Origin: a virus | DNA length: 64,000 nucleotides | Direction: 5' to 3' (one strand) | Virus record (IMG/VR): IMGVR_UViG_3300043787_000133 | Coordinates: 3,667-67,666 of that record | Shown here: positions 44,737 through 53,904 of the stretch, piece by piece | Numbering within the stretch: position 1 is the stretch's first letter | Layout of the letters: every line of letters starts with the position of its first letter | Program-made: the position numbers and the translations under genes | Notes under the pieces: model-generated | Seen by the model: only the letters and a program-made list of their open reading frames with translations | What the model was told of the DNA's origin: nothing | Databases searched by the model: none

Positions 44737-45381
44737 ATGAACCTGCACCTGACCCCGCAGCCCCGCCCGGCCAGCAGCGACCCCGGCACCGACAAGGCCG
44801 CCGGCTGGTGGTGGCGCGCCACCGTGCTCCTCACCGCGCTGTTCCTCGGCCTGCGGCTGGCAGGCATCACCTCCTGGCAGTGGTGGGCGGTGCTCCTGCC
44901 GGCGGAAGTCCTTATCGGGGCGCTGCTCCTGGCGCTCCTCATGGTCATCCCGTGGGCGTTCATGAGGTGGGCTTCCGGGCAGCCACGCGCGTTAGACGGG
45001 CAGCGAAACTGGCTGCTGCGGACAAACCTCGCACGAGGGGGCATACAGCACCACGTGCGCACAGTAATACACATCAGGACACAACGGAACATGAAAATAC
45101 GACCTGGAACGGGAAGGAACGACATGGCAGGGGGTAGCCCCGACGCGCCCACCGAGCGCTTCAGGAGGCTCACCAGGGCCCTGGAGGTGCCGGTGTGGCT
45201 CCAAGGGCTCGAACACCTCCTCCAGGCCGTCCAGGGGGCCTCCTGCGCCCGCTGCGGGGGGCGCATCGAGAACCTGTCCCAGGGGCACTACGGCAGTGCC
45301 TGCCTCGTCACGTGGACCGAGGAGAGGTTCCACTTCTGCTGCCCGGGAGACGCCCCGGGCTGCGAGCTGCAAGCGCCCTGA
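44737..45381 (+). CDS. membrane protein (possibly two genes in one frame; internal RBS and ATG at 45124)
   Basis: L.L.G.T.W.WW.VLLP two-TM motif; C-terminal Cys/His cluster. Confidence 0.5.
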   Translation: MNLHLTPQPRPASSDPGTDKAAGWWWRATVLLTALFLGLRLAGITSWQWWAVLLPAEVLIGALLLALLMVIPWAFMRWASGQPRALDGQRNWLLRTNLARGGIQHHVRTVIHIRTQRNMKIRPGTGRNDMAGGSPDAPTERFRRLTRALEVPVWLQGLEHLLQAVQGASCARCGGRIENLSQGHYGSACLVTWTEERFHFCCPGDAPGCELQAP

Positions 45382-45451
45382 GACGGGTGCCCGGCACGGC
45401 ACCCGCCAGGACAACAAAAGGGAACAGAGCGGAACAAGGAAGAAGGCCGCA

Positions 45452-46324
45452 ATGACAATGCACAGCCAGTGGGAAGATATCACCCCGAGCCGGGCGCGCA
45501 CCGACCTCGTGACCGCCAACTGCGGCCGTCCGGTGAGCGCGTCCCTGGTCGAGAAGTACGCCCGCGACATGGAGAACTCCCGGTGGCACGACTCACCGGA
45601 AGGCCCCATCTACGACACTCACAAGATCCTGCGCGACGCCCAGCACAGGTACCTCGCCGTCATCAAGGCATCCCAGGCGCTCCTGGAGAGGGGCGTCATC
45701 GAGGCCGAGGACGAGTTCTCGGTCCGGATGTGGGTAACCAGGGACGCGCCCGAGGACGTGTTCCCGTTCCTCAACATCGGCCTCAACCGGACGGCCGCGA
45801 ACCAGCTCTACATCGCCGGGTACGGCAACAGCGCCACCACCCTCGCCGCGATCTGCCGCCGCGTCGTCATGTGGGAGGCGGGCCACCCCACCGGATACGC
45901 TTACCGGCCCACCCGAGCGGAGATCCTCGAAGTCCTGATGCCGGTCGAGGCCTCCCCGGCGCGCACCGCGCGCATCCTGGAGGCGGCCGAGTACGCCCGG
46001 ACGTGGAAGATGTACGACATCTCCCCCGCCACGGCCGGGTTCCTCTACTGGGTGGTCACCGGCAGGAACCACGACGAGGGCCTCGACTTCATGGAGAAGG
46101 TCCGCACGGGCGCGGACATCGGCCAGGCGCACCCCGTGACCCTGCTGCGCAAGCGGCTCGGCGACGACAAGAGGAACGCCCTCAAGCGGGGCAGCCAGGT
46201 GAAGTCCGAGATGGTCATCTGGCTGACCATCAGGGCGTGGAACGCCGTGCGGCTGGACGAGAAGATCACCAAGCTCCAGGTGCCTGAGAAGCTCTCCGAC
46301 AAGACGTTCATCAGGCCCCGCTAG
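45452..46324 (+). CDS. ParB-like N-terminal domain protein
   Basis: ITP..A...L..N..RP......YARDM...W.....I......L.D(A)QHR..A. Confidence 0.7.
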   Translation: MTMHSQWEDITPSRARTDLVTANCGRPVSASLVEKYARDMENSRWHDSPEGPIYDTHKILRDAQHRYLAVIKASQALLERGVIEAEDEFSVRMWVTRDAPEDVFPFLNIGLNRTAANQLYIAGYGNSATTLAAICRRVVMWEAGHPTGYAYRPTRAEILEVLMPVEASPARTARILEAAEYARTWKMYDISPATAGFLYWVVTGRNHDEGLDFMEKVRTGADIGQAHPVTLLRKRLGDDKRNALKRGSQVKSEMVIWLTIRAWNAVRLDEKITKLQVPEKLSDKTFIRPR

Positions 46325-46443
46325 CATCGGACGGGCGTGCCCCCTTCGAGGGGAGGGCGCGCCCAGCGGGGCCTCGCGAACGCCACACCGAGAGGCCCCG
46401 CGCCGTTTCCCGGGAACATGACCCAAGGGGAGAGGACTGCCTC

Positions 46444-46725
46444 ATGCAGGCAAGAGGGAACGCGCCGGAGCGTGCCAGCGGCACGGCGCGGTACGGGCTG
46501 AGGTGGCGCGCCAGGGACGCGGCACGGCTGGCCCGCTTCCGGCTGGCACGCGCCGGCATCGCGGAGATCATGGGCGTCTACTGGATGGGCGCCGGGCCGC
46601 TGCTGTTCGCCGCGTCGTGGGCGAGCGGCCCGCTGGACGCCGGGGCGTACGTGCCAGGACCGGTGATGTTCCTGGCGGGAGCCGCGCTGGTCGCGGCGGC
46701 ACGGCTGCGGGGGTGGCGCAGGTGA
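46444..46725 (+). CDS. small membrane protein
   Basis: RBS GAGG; two hydrophobic segments. Confidence 0.55.
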   Translation: MQARGNAPERASGTARYGLRWRARDAARLARFRLARAGIAEIMGVYWMGAGPLLFAASWASGPLDAGAYVPGPVMFLAGAALVAAARLRGWRR

Positions 46726-47078
46726 GCCGTACCGCGCCGCGTGCCGCGCAGTGGCGCAAGGAGGCGAAGCCGATCTGGCGCGCACCGGGCCGTACCGCGT
46801 GCCTCGGCGAGGACACCAGCCTGTTCTACAAGGGCGAGCAGGAACGTGCCGCAGCGCGCCAGGTACGGGTCAGGAAGGCCAAGGGGCTGTGCCAGGCGTG
46901 CCGGTTCCGGGCCGAGTGCCTGGAGGCGGCGATGGAGGAGGAGAAGGACGGCGGCGGCCGGTACGGCATCAGGGGCAGCCTCACCGAGGAGGAGCGCAGG
47001 CAGCTCCAGGTAAGCCGCACCCTGAAGGCGAGGAACGAGCGCAAGCGGGCGGAGAGGGCAGCGGAGGAGGCCGCCTGA
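46722..47078 (+). CDS. whiB: WhiB family transcription factor
   Basis: four Cys (AC...LF...AK.LCQAC.....C), GIRG.LT..ER turn. Confidence 0.85.
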   Translation: MSRTAPRAAQWRKEAKPIWRAPGRTACLGEDTSLFYKGEQERAAARQVRVRKAKGLCQACRFRAECLEAAMEEEKDGGGRYGIRGSLTEEERRQLQVSRTLKARNERKRAERAAEEAA

Positions 47079-47092
47079 AAAGCCTTCCTCAA

Positions 47093-47109
47093 TACAAGGT
47101 TTATTGATA
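47093..47109 (+). promoter_or_regulatory. 17-bp phage motif variant in promoter
   Basis: TACAAGGTTTATTGATA, -10 TAATCT, followed by perfect palindrome 47117-47142. Confidence 0.65.
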
Positions 47110-47211
47110 ATCTCTAAAGGGCGGCCCGCGCGGGCCGCCCTTCAGCCGGAAGATCACCCCCGAGCAGGCCCAGGAGATCTTCGACCACCACGACGACCCC
47201 GAGGAAGACGA

Positions 47212-47760
47212 ATGACCAAGCGCTGCGACAACGCGAGCGTGGGCGTGCTCGCCGAGCGGAAGGGGCGCTGGCTGTTCGTCTGGCGCAACACCTTCCCGTT
47301 CAGCGTCGCCCCCGTGTCGGGCCACGTGTTCGACGAGCACCGCTGCTACGACGAGGCGGCCCGCGCCGAGATGCGCGAGGAGGCCGGGCTCGAAGTGGAG
47401 AGCCTGTACCTCACGCCGGCCGGAGGGTGGCGTCCCAACAGGTGCAGGCGCGAGCCCGGGCCGGCGGGCACCGGCCACCTGTGGGAGGTCTACACGGCCA
47501 CGGTGAGCGGCGAGCTGGCCCCCTCGCAGCGCGAGGTGAAGCAGGCCCGCTGGCTGGGCCACGCCCAGGTGCAGCTCCTGGCGAACCGCACCATGCTGTA
47601 CGCGCAGAACCGCGTCCCTGAGGACGAGTGGCGGGACTCGCCCGGCATCGAGCCGGTGTGGGTGGGATTCCTGGCCGACCTGGACCTGGTCCGCATGCCC
47701 GTGGAGAACCTGGACCTGGTAGCGCGCCACGCGGCCGAGGGAAGGCCGCTGGTCTTATGA
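47212..47760 (+). CDS. NUDIX hydrolase
   Basis: GH.......EAARAEMREEAGL Nudix box. Confidence 0.85.
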   Translation: MTKRCDNASVGVLAERKGRWLFVWRNTFPFSVAPVSGHVFDEHRCYDEAARAEMREEAGLEVESLYLTPAGGWRPNRCRREPGPAGTGHLWEVYTATVSGELAPSQREVKQARWLGHAQVQLLANRTMLYAQNRVPEDEWRDSPGIEPVWVGFLADLDLVRMPVENLDLVARHAAEGRPLVL

Positions 47761-47984
47761 GCCTGCGCGATTCCGAGGTCATGGACATCGGCGACCTACG
47801 GGAGAATCTCACCGAGATCACCGAGGTGGGCACCTGGGTGCTGAACGGCGGGCGCCTCAGCCCGGACCGCAAGGTGCTGCTGTGCGTGCACGGCCACTAC
47901 TTCCCGCTGGAGCGCGTGAGCATCACCAGCGCGGAGGGCTCGTTCGTCCTGGTGCTCGGCAGCGACACGTCCCTGGCGTTCTGA
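47757..47984 (+). CDS. hypothetical protein
   Basis: ATGA-coupled. Confidence 0.55.
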   Translation: MSLRDSEVMDIGDLRENLTEITEVGTWVLNGGRLSPDRKVLLCVHGHYFPLERVSITSAEGSFVLVLGSDTSLAF

Positions 47985-48181
47985 TGGCCCGCTCGCACTC
48001 CGTCTACTTGGTCCTGGACCCGGGGCTGCCGCCTGCCGCCTTCACGGTCAAGCACGAGCTGGAGAGCTTCCTGAACGGGACGCCCGACCCGGACGGCAGG
48101 CAGCTCTGGCGCTGCCGCGACGGTCACCCGGAGTTGTACCCGGCTGTTCTCCTGGACCCTGAAGCACTTCAGCCAAAGTAG
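47984..48181 (+). CDS. hypothetical protein (AFTVKHEL motif)
   Basis: TGATG-coupled. Confidence 0.6.
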   Translation: MARSHSVYLVLDPGLPPAAFTVKHELESFLNGTPDPDGRQLWRCRDGHPELYPAVLLDPEALQPK

Positions 48182-48189
48182 TTGGCGAT

Positions 48190-48206
48190 TATCAAGAAAG
48201 CCTATA
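48190..48206 (-). promoter_or_regulatory. 17-bp phage motif, inverted, inside plus-strand promoter TTGGCG-17-TATTGT
   Basis: TATCAAGAAAGCCTATA. Confidence 0.8.
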
Positions 48207-48247
48207 TTGTTTGTCCTGCAAGGAAACGAGCGCTACAGGAGGACCTG

Positions 48248-48625
48248 ATGGCACACCAGATCGTCTGCAACTCGAAGTGGGGCATGCAGCCTAAGCACAC
48301 ACATCCCAGCGCCGAACTGGTGCGGGCCTGCTACGAGGCCAAGCGGGACGTCCAGGCGGGCATCGCCGTCTGGCCGTGCTCCTGGCTCGCGCAGGAGGGC
48401 TTCACCGAGGATGGCGTCCCCGTTATCGTCGAGTGCGGCCTCCCCACGCGGTTCACCGACGACAAGGGCTCCTACGCCTGCATCGGCGGCCACGACCACG
48501 TACCAGCCGAAGTGCGCTTCGAGCAGGGCTGGGACTACGCGGAGGACGACGACGAGGCCCGGCGGCTCGCCCAGGCGGGCACCCGGCCCGTCCAGGTGAA
48601 CGGCGACTCCTGGATCTGGTCATGA
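48248..48625 (+). CDS. Cys/His-containing hypothetical protein
   Basis: RBS AGGAGG. Confidence 0.7.
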   Translation: MAHQIVCNSKWGMQPKHTHPSAELVRACYEAKRDVQAGIAVWPCSWLAQEGFTEDGVPVIVECGLPTRFTDDKGSYACIGGHDHVPAEVRFEQGWDYAEDDDEARRLAQAGTRPVQVNGDSWIWS

Positions 48626-48909
48626 ACATGGTCAGCCCCGAGGTGATGAAGGCCCACCGTGCCGCCTGGTACGTGTGGGCCGGGGGCGTGAAGATGCGCC
48701 GCAAGGCCACGATGCGCGGCTCCCGGGGTTACGACGTCACCTGCTCGTGCGGGGACTTCGAGACGAAGACCGGCGGGGCCACCCGCCAGTACGTCGAAAA
48801 CGAGCTTTGGTTCCACAGATACCAGGCGCAGGAGGCATCCGCTCCTCCACTATTCCATCGTGACCAGGAGAGACGCCCCGCGCTGCCCGTTGTGCCAGAA
48901 GTCCTTTAA
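48622..48909 (+). CDS. hypothetical protein (YDVTCSCG..ETKTGG...H)
   Basis: ATGA-coupled. Confidence 0.65.
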   Translation: MNMVSPEVMKAHRAAWYVWAGGVKMRRKATMRGSRGYDVTCSCGDFETKTGGATRQYVENELWFHRYQAQEASAPPLFHRDQERRPALPVVPEVL

Positions 48910-48992
48910 AGGCTGGTTTCGTACCGCTTTGCACTTTTACCTCATTCACCACTACAGCTACCAGGTCAAGGGAAAGGAGGGGCTGAGAGAAG

Positions 48993-49382
48993 ATGCCACG
49001 GACCGCAGGCCCGTTCGAGAAGAACGGGATCAGGCCCCGCAGCCCGGACGTGTCCCGCGTCGCCAGGACGGAGGGAGCGCGCCAGGTAGTCGCTTACCTG
49101 GAGCGCGAGGGCGTCCTGGACGGCATGAGCTGGGAGTCGCTCGGCGTGCCTGACCGCGAGACGTGGGTCAGGGCGATCACCGAAGTCTTCACCACCGCTA
49201 ACCGCGAGGCAGCCAAGGCCGCGCTCGCCGAGCTGGCCGAGTGGGAAGAGCTGGCCATGATCCTGCCGTGCCGCCGCTGCGGGGCGGACGAGGAAGAGCC
49301 GTGCCGCGACCTGCGGACCAACGTCATCACCCACATCAAGCACCCGCACGCCGACCGGATGGAAGACATGGAGGCAGCCTGA
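48993..49382 (+). CDS. protein with C-terminal phage zinc finger
   Basis: CRRCGA..EEPC...H.DR. Confidence 0.7.
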   Translation: MPRTAGPFEKNGIRPRSPDVSRVARTEGARQVVAYLEREGVLDGMSWESLGVPDRETWVRAITEVFTTANREAAKAALAELAEWEELAMILPCRRCGADEEEPCRDLRTNVITHIKHPHADRMEDMEAA

Positions 49383-49639
49383 TGGCATCAGCCATTCCAC
49401 TGGAATCGTCCCGCTACGACGGGGACGGCACCCTCACCCTGCACTTCGACTGCCCTGGATGCCACCAGGTCAACGAGGTCGCCGGGATAGACCCCGAACG
49501 CTACATGACCTGGCGCAGCGGGCGCGGGCCGTCCGTCGGCGGGGCGTTCCCCGAGCTGAGCGCGGCGGACCGCGAGGCGCTCATGACGGGCTACCACGAA
49601 AAGTGCTTCGACGATCTGTTCGCCGGGGATGACGAGTGA
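49382..49639 (+). CDS. hypothetical protein
   Basis: CPGC...AFP.LS..DRE.L.TG.H..C.D.LF. Confidence 0.7.
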   Translation: MASAIPLESSRYDGDGTLTLHFDCPGCHQVNEVAGIDPERYMTWRSGRGPSVGGAFPELSAADREALMTGYHEKCFDDLFAGDDE

Positions 49640-50070
49640 ACCGCGAGGAGTTGACCGAGCGCGACGCGCACCTGCTCGAAGAGACGCGCCAGGTGGTGCT
49701 GTCCGCCCCGGCGGACATCCCGCGCAACCCGGTGTGGGGCCAGGACTACGATCCCCTGGCGATCCTCTCCAACCCGCGCTCCTACCCCGAGCACACCGAG
49801 ATCGCACTGGTAAACGTGCGCATCGCAATGCACCCGGAGGAGCACTGGTCCAAGTGCGCCGACTGCGGGCGCGTCTTCCTCGCCGACGATGAGACCCCGG
49901 GCGAGACCGTGTGCTCGCCCGAGTGCTGGAACTTCTACGCCCGCTACATGGCGGCGGAGGTGGGCTGCCCGCTCAGCACCTTCACGATGCTGGACGAGAG
50001 CCCGTCGGAGCCAGCGCCCTCCTACGGCGGCGACCGCCCGGAGGAAGGCCGCTACGGGCGCGACCTCTAA
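49636..50070 (+). CDS. hypothetical protein with CxxC...CSxxC
   Basis: GTGA-coupled. Confidence 0.65.
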   Translation: MNREELTERDAHLLEETRQVVLSAPADIPRNPVWGQDYDPLAILSNPRSYPEHTEIALVNVRIAMHPEEHWSKCADCGRVFLADDETPGETVCSPECWNFYARYMAAEVGCPLSTFTMLDESPSEPAPSYGGDRPEEGRYGRDL

Positions 50071-50285
50071 TGAACACCGCAGCAAACTGACGGGAAGCAG
50101 CGAGAGGGCCGTACGGGAGACCGTGCAGCCGCCTTCGGCCCACCGTCCCTGGCACCGGGTGGTTCCGGGCGGACTCCGACAAGGCCGTCACCGCCACCGT
50201 CAGGCGCACCCGCAAGGCCTACTTCGGCTGAGACCGCGAGTCCGGCCCCGTCTCCCGGGGCCGGGCTCGCCTGTAAGGAGGACCA

Positions 50286-50552
50286 GTGAACTACAAGCCG
50301 TTCGGCTACCAGGATGAGCCGCTGACGTGCCTGTGGTGCGGCAGGAAGCTCTCGCACCACACGGTCATCGACGAGGACCGGGAGAAGGCCGCCAGGGCGG
50401 CTGGCATGGACGCCGACGCGGTGTACCAGCACTCCCTGGTCCGGGCGGAGAAGGCCGGCCCCTACCAGGATGACTCGTTCTGCACTCTCTCCTGCGGTTA
50501 CCTGTTCGGCCTGCGCCTGGCTGAACTCGGTAGCCGGCTAGAGAGCAAGTAA
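50286..50552 (+). CDS. zinc-finger-like hypothetical protein
   Basis: RBS AAGGAGG; CLWCG...FCTLSC. Confidence 0.7.
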   Translation: MNYKPFGYQDEPLTCLWCGRKLSHHTVIDEDREKAARAAGMDADAVYQHSLVRAEKAGPYQDDSFCTLSCGYLFGLRLAELGSRLESK

Positions 50553-50569
50553 TATCAAGAAAACCTGTA
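50553..50569 (-). promoter_or_regulatory. 17-bp phage motif, inverted, abutting consensus -10 TATAAT (plus strand)
   Basis: TATCAAGAAAACCTGTA-TAAT. Confidence 0.8.
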
Positions 50570-50582
50570 TAATGGAGGGACT

Positions 50583-50915
50583 ATGAGCGACCACTACCAC
50601 TACGCCAGCGAGGTCCAGGGCGCGGCCGACGACAACCACGGCCACAGCCCCCGGGACATCGGGGCCGCCGAGGAGCACGACCTGAACATGCTCGAACGGC
50701 GCGTCCTGCGCGCCGAAGCCGGTGTGGCGGAGCTGGAGCGCAGCGCCGGCAGCGAGGTCAACGGGCTGAAGCGCCGGGTCGCAGAGCTGGAGGCGGGCTA
50801 CCTCGAACTCCAGGGCCAGTTCGCCCAGCTCCAGCGCATGGTTCTCGAAGCTGCCGGCAACAGCACGGCGAGGCTCAACCAGTTCGCCGACCTACTAGAA
50901 GGAAGGATCGCCTGA
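50583..50915 (+). CDS. coiled-coil protein with His-rich N-terminus
   Basis: ORF after motif promoter. Confidence 0.7.
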   Translation: MSDHYHYASEVQGAADDNHGHSPRDIGAAEEHDLNMLERRVLRAEAGVAELERSAGSEVNGLKRRVAELEAGYLELQGQFAQLQRMVLEAAGNSTARLNQFADLLEGRIA

Positions 50916-51082
50916 TGCCCGGATGGATTCCGCGCTGGCACCCGTTCGTGTGGATCTTCGTGATCGTCATGATCTACATGATCTGGACGGACCCGGCCGA
51001 GTGGGGCCAGAAGGCCGCCGGCGTACTCCACCTGATCCCCGAGGCGGCCAGCCGCATCGGGATCTTCATCCAGCACCTGTAG
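50915..51082 (+). CDS. small membrane protein
   Basis: TGATG-coupled; FVWIFVIVMIYMIW. Confidence 0.6.
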   Translation: MPGWIPRWHPFVWIFVIVMIYMIWTDPAEWGQKAAGVLHLIPEAASRIGIFIQHL

Positions 51083-51088
51083 CCCACC

Positions 51089-51664
51089 ATGGCTGCCAAC
51101 GGGAGGCACCGCCCTCCGTCGCGCACCCTCGGCCGCGTCGCGCTGCCGGGGGTCTTCGCGTTCTTCACCTGGCTGGCGGAGAACACCCCCGCCGGCCTGT
51201 GGGGTTTCCTCGGCCTGCTCGGCACGGGGCTGCTGGTCAGCCTCTTCTACCCGCTGATCGTCCTCATGGCGATCGAGGCACCCGGCGGCCTGGTGCCGTG
51301 GCAGTGGCGCGCCTGGTGGCGCAAGGGCGAGGCGCGCCGGCCGTCCATCCGGAAGCGGCTGCGGCGCGTCGTGTACGCCGCCGACGGCTACGCCTGCGCC
51401 TACTGCCGCAAGAGCCACGACATCCAGCTCGACCACATGCGGCCCTGGTCACTGGGCGGCCGGACGTCGTTCTTCAACTCGATGACCCTCTGCAGCACCT
51501 GCAACCGGATCAAGTCGAACTACTGGCGCTTTAGGGACGGGCGGGTCACCTACCGCTCGTCCGACGGCTACCACTACCCGGCGAAGGCCGCCGAGATCCT
51601 CGCCTTCGAGATGCGCCACCGCTGGAGCCCCTGGCGGTTCATCCGCGCCGCGATTGCCCTGTAG
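51089..51664 (+). CDS. HNH endonuclease with N-terminal transmembrane segments
   Basis: CAYC....QLDH..PWS.GG....N...LC..CN..K. Confidence 0.85.
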   Translation: MAANGRHRPPSRTLGRVALPGVFAFFTWLAENTPAGLWGFLGLLGTGLLVSLFYPLIVLMAIEAPGGLVPWQWRAWWRKGEARRPSIRKRLRRVVYAADGYACAYCRKSHDIQLDHMRPWSLGGRTSFFNSMTLCSTCNRIKSNYWRFRDGRVTYRSSDGYHYPAKAAEILAFEMRHRWSPWRFIRAAIAL

Positions 51665-51764
51665 CGGGGTAACAACTGGGGTGCAGAACGCGCTTTGTGC
51701 GGGCGAGAGTGCTCCTGTGCCGCTATGGTCTTCCTTGCCATTGATGGACTAAGGAAGGAACTGC

Positions 51765-52712
51765 ATGAAGCTGAACCGCAGGGGTGCCCTGGGCATCGCG
51801 GCAGCGGCGATTGTCCTGGCAGGCGGCGGTGCTGCCTTCGCGGCCACCAGCGCGGACCCGCCCTCCTCCGTCACCGCCGTGACGCAGGTCCAGAACGACG
51901 GCGACTCCGGCAACGGCGGCGGCATCTGGGCCATCGACCAGATGCACCGCACCCTGACGGTCGCGGACGCCGCCCCGAACACCGCCCCGTCCGGCTCCGT
52001 TGCCTACACGGCCACGGTCGCCGACACCGGCACCTTCACCACCGTTGCCGGGGCGCTTGACCCCAACCAGGTGATCCCCGGGCAGAGGATCGCCCACGCG
52101 GTCAGCGGGGACGTGACCTGCTCGGCCTCGTACGCGATCACCGCTCCATCCCCCACCTACGTCCTGAGCAGCCTCGCCAACGCCGGCCTGCCCGCCTCGA
52201 TCAACGACAACTTCCAGCACGTGTCCATCGGGCCGCTGTCGTTCAGCGGCTGGCCGGCTCAGGCATTCTCCTCCGAGATCCCCGCGACGGACATCAGCCA
52301 GACGCACTACAACTGCGTCTACACCACCGCAGCGGGCGAGTCCTGGACTGACTCTGACACCAACGACGACGGCAACCTGGTGCAGGACGGCAACATCACC
52401 GGCCTGCTGGCCCCGCCGCCCGTGATCATCCGCCTGTCGCACGGCCAGGGCACCGCCACCGCGCCGACCCGCGAGACCGTCTCCTTCCAGCAGTCCGGCA
52501 CGGCATCCTGGGACGAGTTCTACATCGTCGGCCCCGGACCGATCAACGGGCACAAGGGCTGGGTCAACGGGAAGGTGGGCCTGAACTTCGGCTACTACGA
52601 GGGCCTTGAGGCCAACCACGGCTACACGGTCTACTACACCCCGGTCGAGGGGCAGGGGAGCAACGTCCAGGTCCCGGACGCTCACCCTGGTGACGTGTAC
52701 TTCGTGAGCTAG
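51765..52712 (+). CDS. secreted beta-rich protein with signal peptide
   Basis: MKLNRRGAL-hydrophobic-AFA cleavage site; RBS AAGGAAGG. Confidence 0.8.
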   Translation: MKLNRRGALGIAAAAIVLAGGGAAFAATSADPPSSVTAVTQVQNDGDSGNGGGIWAIDQMHRTLTVADAAPNTAPSGSVAYTATVADTGTFTTVAGALDPNQVIPGQRIAHAVSGDVTCSASYAITAPSPTYVLSSLANAGLPASINDNFQHVSIGPLSFSGWPAQAFSSEIPATDISQTHYNCVYTTAAGESWTDSDTNDDGNLVQDGNITGLLAPPPVIIRLSHGQGTATAPTRETVSFQQSGTASWDEFYIVGPGPINGHKGWVNGKVGLNFGYYEGLEANHGYTVYYTPVEGQGSNVQVPDAHPGDVYFVS

Positions 52713-52726
52713 CCGCAGCGCCGCCG

Positions 52727-52756
52727 AGGCCCGGGTCAGCGATGACCCGGGCCTTT
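52727..52756 (+). terminator. intrinsic terminator
   Basis: AGGCCCGGGTCA-GCGA-TGACCCGGGCCT-TT. Confidence 0.8.
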
Positions 52757-52781
52757 CGCGTTGGCTGACCCCTTGTGCCAA

Positions 52782-52798
52782 TACAGCTTTTCTTGATA
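52782..52798 (+). promoter_or_regulatory. 17-bp phage motif in promoter
   Basis: exact motif, -10 TAAGCT. Confidence 0.85.
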
Positions 52799-52837
52799 AG
52801 CTCATCGTGCAAGGGAACAAGCGCTGAGGAGGAAGCA

Positions 52838-53374
52838 ATGAGCAGGAGCAGCAAGAAGTTCGCCGCTTACGTGCCGGCCACGTGCCAGGGCGGTGGCGGC
52901 ACCGAGGTTACTTTCGAGACCTCCAGCGACAAGTACCGCTACGCAGGCCTCGTGCTTCCCCTGAACGGCGGCGGCCAGTGGGACGTCGCCGTCGTTGGCT
53001 GGTCGGCTGAGTCAGTTACCTCCCGCAACCGGACGCAGGCCAACAAGCGCCTCGGCGCCTACCGGGGGCAGGCCTGGGCACTCGACCGCTACACCGGCAC
53101 CTCGATCGCCTGGGAGCACACCGCCCCGGTCGTCCGCGAGTACTTCGGGCACCACCGGGTGGCCGTCACCGCAGTCTTCTTCCCCGGGGAGGGGTGGACC
53201 GAGCGCGACTACCACGGCGGCAAGTCGCTGCTGCGCATGCTGAAGGGCGACGGCGTGACCCACGTCCGGTTCACCGGCCGGGGCACCTTCGAGGGCGAGC
53301 GCCCCGGAGTTCACGCGGCCGACTTCACCATGGACGAGCTGCTCAAGTCGATGAATGCCAGGAAGAAGTCCTGA
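52838..53374 (+). CDS. hypothetical protein
   Basis: RBS GAGGAGG. Confidence 0.75.
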   Translation: MSRSSKKFAAYVPATCQGGGGTEVTFETSSDKYRYAGLVLPLNGGGQWDVAVVGWSAESVTSRNRTQANKRLGAYRGQAWALDRYTGTSIAWEHTAPVVREYFGHHRVAVTAVFFPGEGWTERDYHGGKSLLRMLKGDGVTHVRFTGRGTFEGERPGVHAADFTMDELLKSMNARKKS

Positions 53375-53458
53375 TGGACTGAAGGGGACACAGGCCAGGT
53401 TCCGGGTTATATTGACCCGAGAGGCACAACGCTCCCCAAGTAGTACCTCTGTGGCACA

Positions 53459-53495
53459 GAGAAGCCGCCCGGTGCCCCCGTCCGGGCGGCTTCTC
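53459..53495 (+). terminator. hairpin terminator
   Basis: GAGAAGCCGCCCGG...CCGGGCGGCTTCTC. Confidence 0.7.
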
Positions 53496-53625
53496 ACGTT
53501 CCTAGATCGTTGACCGGGAAATAGATGCAGGTCAATGATCGTAGGCGGTAAGCGAGCGCTTGACGGGCGCGCCGATGGGGCGCCCCTGGTGCCGGACCAG
53601 TGTCCCGAGGGGCACCGACATTCAA

Positions 53626-53692
53626 GAAAGTTGTCTTGGTGCTTGACAACTTTCAGTGCGCGACATAAAGTTGTCTTTATACAAGACAACTT
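53626..53692 (+). promoter_or_regulatory. promoter TTGACA-17-TAAAGT overlapped by two palindromic operators
   Basis: GAAAGTTGTC-N9-GACAACTTTC 53626-53654 and AAGTTGTC-N9-GACAACTT 53668-53692. Confidence 0.85.
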
Positions 53693-53703
53693 ATGGAGGG
53701 CAC

Positions 53704-53904
53704 GTGGACACGAACTACCGCTACGACAGCAACGAGGACTACGCCCAGGCCTACGGCTACACCAGTGCGGCCGAGTACGCCGCAGCGCGCGCCGCCCACG
53801 ACGGCGCAGGGACCGGCCACAACCCGGCGCTTTGCGGCGACCGGTGCCCGTGCAAGGCCCGCCGGGACAACAGCGCCGCCCAGTCGGTCAGCCGTGCAGC
53901 CTGA
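53704..53904 (+). CDS. small hypothetical protein (H...C...CPC)
   Basis: RBS GGAGG before GTG. Confidence 0.65.
   Translation: MDTNYRYDSNEDYAQAYGYTSAAEYAAARAAHDGAGTGHNPALCGDRCPCKARRDNSAAQSVSRAA

Noticed and set aside
45080-45450. GGAAC-rich short repeats as origin or iterons
   Set aside because: Irregular spacing and short; explainable as purine-rich leaders
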